Of a stretch of DNA of 32,000 nt, positions 26,085 through 32,000 are shown one piece after another (the first letter of the stretch is position 1; each line of letters begins with the position of its first letter). This DNA is from Vibrio alginolyticus NBRC 15630 = ATCC 17749 (GTDB lineage Bacteria; Pseudomonadota; Gammaproteobacteria; Enterobacterales; Vibrionaceae): contig NC_022349.1 of the NCBI RefSeq assembly GCF_000354175.2, positions 2,220,001 through 2,252,000 on the forward strand, given 5' to 3'. The translations under genes and the position numbers were made by a program. The notes beneath the pieces are model-generated. The model saw only the letters and a list, made by a program, of their open reading frames with translations. It did no database searches and was not told the origin of the DNA.

Positions 26085-28571
26085 TTAAAACAGTCGAGTC
26101 GGCTCGCCAAGATAGTAACCCTGCAAATAATCCACCCCCATGTCTTGTGCAATGGTACACACCTCCTGATTGTGGACGAACTCCGCCACCGTCTCCGCGT
26201 TAAACACCTGGCACAAACGCACCAACTGGGAAGCGATCTTGCGCTGTTTTAAGTCTTTATCAATATCACGAATCAAGCTGCCATCGAGCTTTATGACTTC
26301 TGGCTCCAACTTTAGGATTTCATCGATATTCGAATAACCGGACCCAAAGTCATCAACAATGATACGCGCCCCTAAGCTTCTAAAATGACTGCACACTTCT
26401 ATCATTCGGCCGTAGTCTTTGATCTGCTCAGATTCCAGCACTTCTAAACCAATTCGCCTTGGGTCATTTAGCTGGCTAATTTCATGCTCTAAAAGCATTA
26501 AAGTTTTATCACTGAGCAAATCTTGCGGCGATAAGTTTATAGAAAAGTCACCTTGCTTATCTCGCATATAATGCAACGTAGAATGAATCATGTGCCGACT
26601 TAGTCGAGTGTAAAGATGCGTATCAGAGATAATTGGCAGAAAACGCCCTGGCGCAATCACCGTTCCATCGGCTTCCAGAATACGAACCAAACATTCTTGG
26701 CTTGCCAATTTGTGGCTACCCGCATGCACAATAGGTTGGCTATAAGTGATGATATTCTGTTTGAGAATGGCTCTACTGACGCAACTTAGCCATCCAAGTT
26801 GCTCTTTACGCACATCCTCACTGACTTCAATATCTTTCGCATTACAGATATGGGTATTACTGCGTACACCAGAGCGCCTCGCTTCGATGCCTTTGAGTAA
26901 GAGCTCATCCACTGAAGCGGATGGAAAGTCTCGACGACTCACTAAGCCGCCGCATAGCGAGATAGAAAGATAATCTATTTCACGTAGGCCAATTGGCTCA
27001 AAATTAGTTTGTTCTACCGCGTCAGCAAAACGCGTAAAGTGCTGTTTGATGGTTTCGCTGCTTTGGTCAGCTTTAAATATGAATGCCCACTCACCAACCC
27101 CAATACTATAAAGCTGCAAAGCCGTTGGCATGCCAAAACGCTTTCGTAGTCGATTCGTAAAGTGCATTGAGAGATCTTTGAGTAATTGATCTCCCACTCG
27201 GTAGCCGTATTTTTCGTTAATATGACTAAAGTTAAGTAGCTTTAGAGTCAACAAATGCTCATCCAAATCGATGTTACTCAACCGCTCTTGCAATGCGACC
27301 CGGTTTTGTAACCCCGTGCGACTGTCGCGTCGATAGCTTTCTTGTAACTTGCGCGTTTGGCGATCGAGTTGATATCCCATATGCGCGTTCATATGGTTGA
27401 GATCGCCGATCGCATTTCGAATCAAGCTAAACAACGGTGAAATAGAGGAGCTAACGGGCGACTTAGGCAAGTTCAATGTTTGCACTTCGTCTCCCTCTCG
27501 CATCGCTAAATACGTCAGGCTGTGATGAAGAATTTCGGGCTGACCAATACCACCATGCAGTTCCCCCATACAGTAACTACCAAACGTCGTCGCAATATCT
27601 TTGAAGGCTTGGACTTCGTCGCTGCTGTCAATAAAGTCTAACCGTGACGCGCAGTTAAAAATCATAACGACTTCAGGTTGGTGCATGGCTAACTCAACCA
27701 CACCATGCCGCACTTGCTCGAGCGTTAACGAGGGATGGTTATAGCAAAATTGCACTTCGTCACCAAGACACCAGGGCCTGTCGAAGCTCATACTGCCATC
27801 AGCGTGTAGCTCCGTTACCGTACAAACTTCCTTTCGCCCTAAGCTTTCTCGATATAAAGGAAAGCTGAGCAGTTGACTCAGCGTCACGTCATGGCCATCC
27901 GCCAAGTAACGCTTGTATACGTCCAGTGCTTTCTTCTCACCTAAACAATACAAGCGCGTTCCTTTTGCATGAGTGACTTTGTGTGGCATGCCAATCGGGT
28001 TCCATTCCGAATACGCATCAGTCCATAGCTTCAAAGTATCACTGTGCAAAGCTACGGCAACCACAGCGTTATCGTAAACTCGGTTTTGATATAGCACCCA
28101 GCAGCCATCGTCAATACTCTGCGCCAACCCTCCAGAAATCACTACTTCTTCACTGGCGAAGGTTTGAAACAAGGGATAGTCACGTCGTTCAATTTGCACA
28201 GCAAAGCTGAGGATCACCTGTGAATTATGCTGCATTAGAAGAGAGCGCTTGAGCTCCCCGCCATCAATGTCAGGGGAGTAAGAGTATGTTTGTACCGCAG
28301 AAGTCAGCGTGGTTTGCTCAAATTCAATCACACTCACTAGGCAACCAGAGGTAAATATCTCCCCTTCCAGAATCACATTACGCGTACTATGCCCCATAAC
28401 ATGAGCATTCGGCAGCGACGACAAAACGGCGTCTGCAAGTGTGGTCGTAATTTCGCGCGATTGCGTCGACAATATTTGTACTAAATATTGTTTATCTGAG
28501 GAAGTCGGAAAAGTGACTAAAAAGTCATTCAGTTGACTGACATCGTGAACCAGTTTTGAAAAAGCTCGCAT
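26085..28571 (-). CDS. FIST-type sensor, degenerate GGDEF and EAL-domain signalling protein
   Basis: 828 aa. The N-terminal segment of about 380 aa is FIST_N/FIST_C-like ('ISGGLA', 'GSYCMGEL'). In the GGDEF domain the signature is replaced by 'IGVGEWAF'. The EAL domain has 'ECLVR', 'EVLESE', 'DDFGSGYS', 'KLDGS' and 'QGYYLGEP'. Confidence 0.85.
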   Translation of the reverse strand: MRAFSKLVHDVSQLNDFLVTFPTSSDKQYLVQILSTQSREITTTLADAVLSSLPNAHVMGHSTRNVILEGEIFTSGCLVSVIEFEQTTLTSAVQTYSYSPDIDGGELKRSLLMQHNSQVILSFAVQIERRDYPLFQTFASEEVVISGGLAQSIDDGCWVLYQNRVYDNAVVAVALHSDTLKLWTDAYSEWNPIGMPHKVTHAKGTRLYCLGEKKALDVYKRYLADGHDVTLSQLLSFPLYRESLGRKEVCTVTELHADGSMSFDRPWCLGDEVQFCYNHPSLTLEQVRHGVVELAMHQPEVVMIFNCASRLDFIDSSDEVQAFKDIATTFGSYCMGELHGGIGQPEILHHSLTYLAMREGDEVQTLNLPKSPVSSSISPLFSLIRNAIGDLNHMNAHMGYQLDRQTRKLQESYRRDSRTGLQNRVALQERLSNIDLDEHLLTLKLLNFSHINEKYGYRVGDQLLKDLSMHFTNRLRKRFGMPTALQLYSIGVGEWAFIFKADQSSETIKQHFTRFADAVEQTNFEPIGLREIDYLSISLCGGLVSRRDFPSASVDELLLKGIEARRSGVRSNTHICNAKDIEVSEDVRKEQLGWLSCVSRAILKQNIITYSQPIVHAGSHKLASQECLVRILEADGTVIAPGRFLPIISDTHLYTRLSRHMIHSTLHYMRDKQGDFSINLSPQDLLSDKTLMLLEHEISQLNDPRRIGLEVLESEQIKDYGRMIEVCSHFRSLGARIIVDDFGSGYSNIDEILKLEPEVIKLDGSLIRDIDKDLKQRKIASQLVRLCQVFNAETVAEFVHNQEVCTIAQDMGVDYLQGYYLGEPTRLF

Positions 28572-28709
28572 GGACCTACCACTGCCGTAACACTATCTTC
28601 ACCACGACGTGTGGCGTTACTATTTTTATTTAATAGAGAATAATTTACGTGGCTTTGCGCTGCTTTTCTAGACACAAAATGAGATTAGAATGGATTAATG
28701 CGAAAGCAA

Positions 28710-29426
28710 TTAAAAAAGTGTGAGTAACGGCTGCAAACTATTGATTTCAATATCAGGTAAAGTACGTGTTTTTGAATGGTTAATGACATTTTTATTCATA
28801 TCATTAAACCAACAGGCTGCAAAACCAGCCAACTTTGCACCATGCACATCCGTGGTTAGATGATCACCAACATGCAGAATATTCTCCGCAGGAGTATCCA
28901 AGAATCGCTTCGCTTTAGTAAACATATCGGTTGCGGGTTTCGCCAATCCATCTGGTCCTGCTTTAAGTACCTGTTGGAAATAAGGCGTAAGACCGATGCG
29001 GTCTAAATCCACATTACCGTTGGTGATTACCACCAACGGGATGTGCTGCGCGAGTTTCTCCAGTACATCGAGGCTTTGCTGCGGCACTTCAAAACGGTTA
29101 CGCCAGTCCAACGCAACGTCTACTGCGGCTTTCGCGGCGGCATGTGCTGCGTCTTCGTCGTAGCCTACTTGGGAGAAAGCTTGCTGAAGTTGCACTAAAC
29201 GCCATAAAGTGACATCGCTCTTCAGCTCGGGTTGTTGCTGCACAACTCGCTGTTTGAGAGCAAACCAATCCGCTTTGTTCATATGAGCAACCGCTGGATG
29301 ATGGTGCTTGAGCCAAGATAGCAACTCACGCTCCATGCGAACGATCACAGGATAGTTGTCATAGAGGGTATCATCTAGGTCAAAGGTCATTGCCTTAATA
29401 GGCTCGATACGGCGATAAAATTTCAT
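28710..29426 (-). CDS. yigB: HAD-family phosphatase YigB (5-amino-6-(5-phospho-D-ribitylamino)uracil/FMN phosphatase type)
   Basis: From the ATG at 29426, '[24 protein letters not shown]' parallels E. coli YigB '[24 protein letters not shown]' as I recall it. The track start at 29438 is a GTG. It lies downstream of xerC. Confidence 0.8.
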   Translation of the reverse strand: [238 protein letters not shown]

Positions 29427-29434
29427 ACTTCGGC

Positions 29435-30367
29435 TCACTCCCCGTTCTTTTTGCGTGCGCGTGGGTGGGCTTGGTCGTAGGCTTGCGCCAAATGTTGGAA
29501 ATCCAAGTGCGTGTAGATTTGGGTCGTCGAAATGTTCTCGTGCCCTAAAAGCTCCTGCACCGCACGTAAGTTATTGCTTGATTCGAGCATATGTGTCGCA
29601 AATGAGTGACGCAATTTATGCGGACTAATATGGCTTGCGACAGACTGTTTCTGCCCCCATTCAGCCATGCGCTTTTGCACGCTACGATGCGAAATACGCG
29701 TTCCGAGCTTAGATACAAACAAGGCGGGCTCACCTGGAGCGGCTAAATCACCACGAACGCGTAACCACTTCCCGACCCACTCGGTTGCCATCCCAGAGAA
29801 CGGCACTTTACGTTCTTTATCGCCTTTACCAATAACACGAAGCTCACCACTACGCAGTTGTACATCACGTACATCCACACCCACCAACTCAGCCAAACGT
29901 AAACCGGCGCCGTACATCAGCTCCATCATGGCACGATCGCGCACAGCCAACGGGTCGTCCTCGTTGACTTCAAGTAATTGGCTCACTTCGTCAACATCGA
30001 GGTTTTTGGGCAACGGGCGTTTTTTGCGAGGTGCTGAAACCCCTTTGGCTGGGTTAGCCGACATCTCGCCACGCAGAATAAGGAAATCGAAAAAGCTACG
30101 CAGCGATGAGAGTCGCGTTGCCAAACTGCTGGCTTTCATGCCTTCTCGCATGCCCTTACCTGCTAATTGGCGCACCCAACCAGCATCCACTTGAGACCAA
30201 TCTTTGAGTCCCATTTCAGCTAAGTGCTGCGCCATTGTTTCTAGCTGCTGTTTGTAATTGCGCTGAGTATGTAGGCTAAGCCCCTTTTCGCTTCGTAAGA
30301 ATTCATAGAAGCGCTCAAGAGGCTTTTGCAGACTATTTGGCAGAGGAGTGTTGGGAGTTGTCGTCAT
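29435..30367 (-). CDS. xerC: site-specific tyrosine recombinase XerC
   Basis: 310 aa with the catalytic R...HxxR...Y set ('ARLSE'-type region, 'HKLRHSFATHML', 'LGHENISTTQIYTH'). dapF-yigA-xerC-yigB synteny marks it as the chromosomal dimer-resolution recombinase rather than a mobile-element integrase. Confidence 0.93.
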   Translation of the reverse strand: MTTTPNTPLPNSLQKPLERFYEFLRSEKGLSLHTQRNYKQQLETMAQHLAEMGLKDWSQVDAGWVRQLAGKGMREGMKASSLATRLSSLRSFFDFLILRGEMSANPAKGVSAPRKKRPLPKNLDVDEVSQLLEVNEDDPLAVRDRAMMELMYGAGLRLAELVGVDVRDVQLRSGELRVIGKGDKERKVPFSGMATEWVGKWLRVRGDLAAPGEPALFVSKLGTRISHRSVQKRMAEWGQKQSVASHISPHKLRHSFATHMLESSNNLRAVQELLGHENISTTQIYTHLDFQHLAQAYDQAHPRARKKNGE

Positions 30368-31064
30368 CGTAACTTTGCCATACCAGTGTTTGAGCGAGAT
30401 GTGCCACTACTAATGATAGGTGACGCAAAAACAAGGTATCCATATCTGGCTGAAAATGGCCGCCATCTTCACTAGAAAAAGCAAGCACGCCCAGTGTTTG
30501 CTGTTTCACGAGCGGCAGTACCACATAGGACCCCATTTCCGGCACTTCCATGTTGCCAAACAAAGCTTCACGATCTACTTTGCGAAGACGTCCTAAGTAC
30601 GCATCTTTGCCATTTAAGTGAGTGGTCGCAAAGCGTTGATAACTTTCCTTACTCAATTGAATCGATGCGTCGCATTGACTAAACAATCGAACAAACGCAC
30701 GTAAGCCCAGCGCCTTGGCTTTCGCTTCGATAGAATGAATGACTTGTTTAAAGTCACCACACTTTAGAATCTGCCCCTGCAAATCCATAAATTCGTAAAA
30801 GGTCCGATCATTGTTCGCCGCAAGCGACATTAGTGTAGTGATCTCTTCCTCTAACTCTTCAATGCGCTGACGTTGGCGATTCATTTGGATGTGCACCAAA
30901 GATACCGCGCCTAAGTCTGAGTGTGGGAAAGATAAGCGATCCACAAGCTCCGGACGTTGCACAAAAAAGTCTGGATGATCTTTGAGGTACTCGGCCACTA
31001 CTTCAGCCGTTAAGGCATCTGCTTCTACTTGAGACAAACCGTTTCCTTTTTCTTCAACTAGCAA
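30333..31064 (-). CDS. yigA: DUF484-family protein YigA
   Basis: 243 aa; 'YLKDHPDFF' matches the DUF484 N-terminus. It sits between dapF and xerC. The only available start is a TTG (31064, or 31037), so the start is uncertain. It overlaps xerC by 35 nt. Confidence 0.8.
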   Translation of the reverse strand: MLVEEKGNGLSQVEADALTAEVVAEYLKDHPDFFVQRPELVDRLSFPHSDLGAVSLVHIQMNRQRQRIEELEEEITTLMSLAANNDRTFYEFMDLQGQILKCGDFKQVIHSIEAKAKALGLRAFVRLFSQCDASIQLSKESYQRFATTHLNGKDAYLGRLRKVDREALFGNMEVPEMGSYVVLPLVKQQTLGVLAFSSEDGGHFQPDMDTLFLRHLSLVVAHLAQTLVWQSYDDDNSQHSSAK

Positions 31065-31888
31065 GATAATTGACCATCAAATACATGCGTTGTAGGTCCG
31101 GTCATAAACAACGGCTTGCCAGGACCTTGCCATGCAATTCGCAATTCACCACCAGGTAGAGAAACCTTAACGTTTTCATCCAACAAGCCCTGCAGAATCC
31201 CAACCGCGACTGCCGCGCATGCACCACTACCACAAGCTTGTGTCTCTCCTGCGCCTCGCTCGTAAACTCGAAGACGAATATGGTCACGACTCATCACCTG
31301 CATAAAGCCAGCGTTGACGCGCTCTGGGAAACGCTCATGCGACTCAAGCAGCGGACCGAGAGTTTCCACTTCTGCCGTATCCACATCGTCGACCACGGTC
31401 ACTACGTGCGGGTTACCCATGCTCACAGCACCACAAAACAAGGTATTGTCGCCTGCTCGCATGATGTAAGTTTTCTCTTTTTGCTTCGCTTTGAAAGGAA
31501 TTTTGTTCGGTTCAAACTCTGGCACGCCCATGTTGACCGTCACTTCCCCATCATCTTCGATGTTGAGAATCATCTTTCCTTTCTTGGTGCTCACGCTGAT
31601 GCTGTATTTATTGGTCAGCCCCTTCAAGCGAACAAAGCGGGCAAAACAGCGTGCACCGTTACCACACTGTTCAACTTCACTACCATCGGCATTAAAAATC
31701 CGATAATGGAAGTCGGTTTCAGGGTCGTAAGGGGCCTCTACCACAAGCAATTGGTCAAAACCAACGCCAGTATGACGATCCGCCAAGCGGCGGATCAGGT
31801 CTTGCGAGAAAAACACGTTCTGGGTAATACAGTCGACGACCATGAAGTCGTTGCCCAAACCGTGCATTTTGGAAAAGTGGAAATGCAT
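31058..31888 (-). CDS. dapF: diaminopimelate epimerase
   Basis: 276 aa. N-terminus '[15 protein letters not shown]', with catalytic Cys motifs 'EQCGNGARC' and '[11 protein letters not shown]'. Confidence 0.97.
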   Translation of the reverse strand: MHFHFSKMHGLGNDFMVVDCITQNVFFSQDLIRRLADRHTGVGFDQLLVVEAPYDPETDFHYRIFNADGSEVEQCGNGARCFARFVRLKGLTNKYSISVSTKKGKMILNIEDDGEVTVNMGVPEFEPNKIPFKAKQKEKTYIMRAGDNTLFCGAVSMGNPHVVTVVDDVDTAEVETLGPLLESHERFPERVNAGFMQVMSRDHIRLRVYERGAGETQACGSGACAAVAVGILQGLLDENVKVSLPGGELRIAWQGPGKPLFMTGPTTHVFDGQLSC

Positions 31889-31898
31889 TTGTCGTGTG

Positions 31899-32000
31899 TT
31901 ACTCCGGTAGAATCTGTTCCAGCTGCCACAAACTGGTCAGCTCCTCACGCTGGCGAACTAAGTGGCTTTGTTTACCGTCCACCATCACTTCTGCTGCTCG
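31899..32000 (-). CDS. lysA: diaminopimelate decarboxylase, 3' end only (33 codons plus stop)
   Basis: The - strand frame reads '...[33 protein letters not shown]'. This resembles the LysA C-terminus ('RPPEVL...LIRRRQTIEEL' in E. coli, from memory) and sits 10 nt upstream of dapF. Confidence 0.65.
   Translation of the reverse strand, partial: RAAEVMVDGKQSHLVRQREELTSLWQLEQILPE

Noticed and set aside
29435-30367. Tyrosine recombinase as a possible marker of an integrated mobile element
   Set aside because: The conserved dapF-yigA-xerC-yigB operon context identifies it as housekeeping XerC. No att-like repeats, tRNA gene or phage/ICE genes lie nearby.
1-32000. Scan for CRISPR arrays, IS/transposase genes, integron attC sites, tRNA/rRNA genes and riboswitch-like leaders
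   Set aside because: No regularly spaced direct repeats, transposase-like ORFs, cloverleaf-compatible segments or long structured leaders were recognised by eye. Because I have no tools, small or degenerate elements could have been missed.

Overview
This window reads as an origin-proximal stretch of a Vibrionaceae (Vibrio-like) chromosome 1. That assignment rests on gene content, gene order and protein patterns recognised from memory; no searches were run. About 90% is conserved housekeeping sequence: plsB (5' partial), ubiC-ubiA, a FliL-like gene, glpE-glpG, rpoH, ftsY-ftsE-ftsX, rsmD-yhhL, marC-family, yecH-like, yhhN-like, yhhM-like, rhtB, pldB-yigL, an EVE-domain gene, a DTW (tapT-like) gene, and lysA(3' end)-dapF-yigA-xerC-yigB. 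No rRNA, tRNA, CRISPR array, IS element or prophage was seen. Six things stand out. (1) A 1.8-kb segment splits the yhhN/yhhM pair. It holds an ORF-free stretch of about 0.9 kb that is very A+T-rich, a promoter-plus-terminator-bracketed 26-codon hydrophobic mini-ORF, and a 122-aa membrane-anchored protein with a HEPN-type R-N-x3-H motif. This is my best candidate for something undescribed. (2) A DnaA-box/GATC cluster sits in the glpE-rpoH spacer, away from oriC. (3) A 15/16 match to the parS centromere consensus lies at 26066-26081. (4) An arsR-gapdh-(PTP-like phosphatase)-arsJ arsenate-resistance cluster carries an atypical ArsR cysteine layout and a 12-bp perfect hairpin ahead of arsJ. (5) ftsY contains an (Ala-Glu)8 hexanucleotide VNTR. 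(6) Two c-di-GMP genes are present: EAL-HDOD, and FIST plus a degenerate GGDEF plus EAL. All functional calls are motif- and memory-based and should be confirmed by profile searches.
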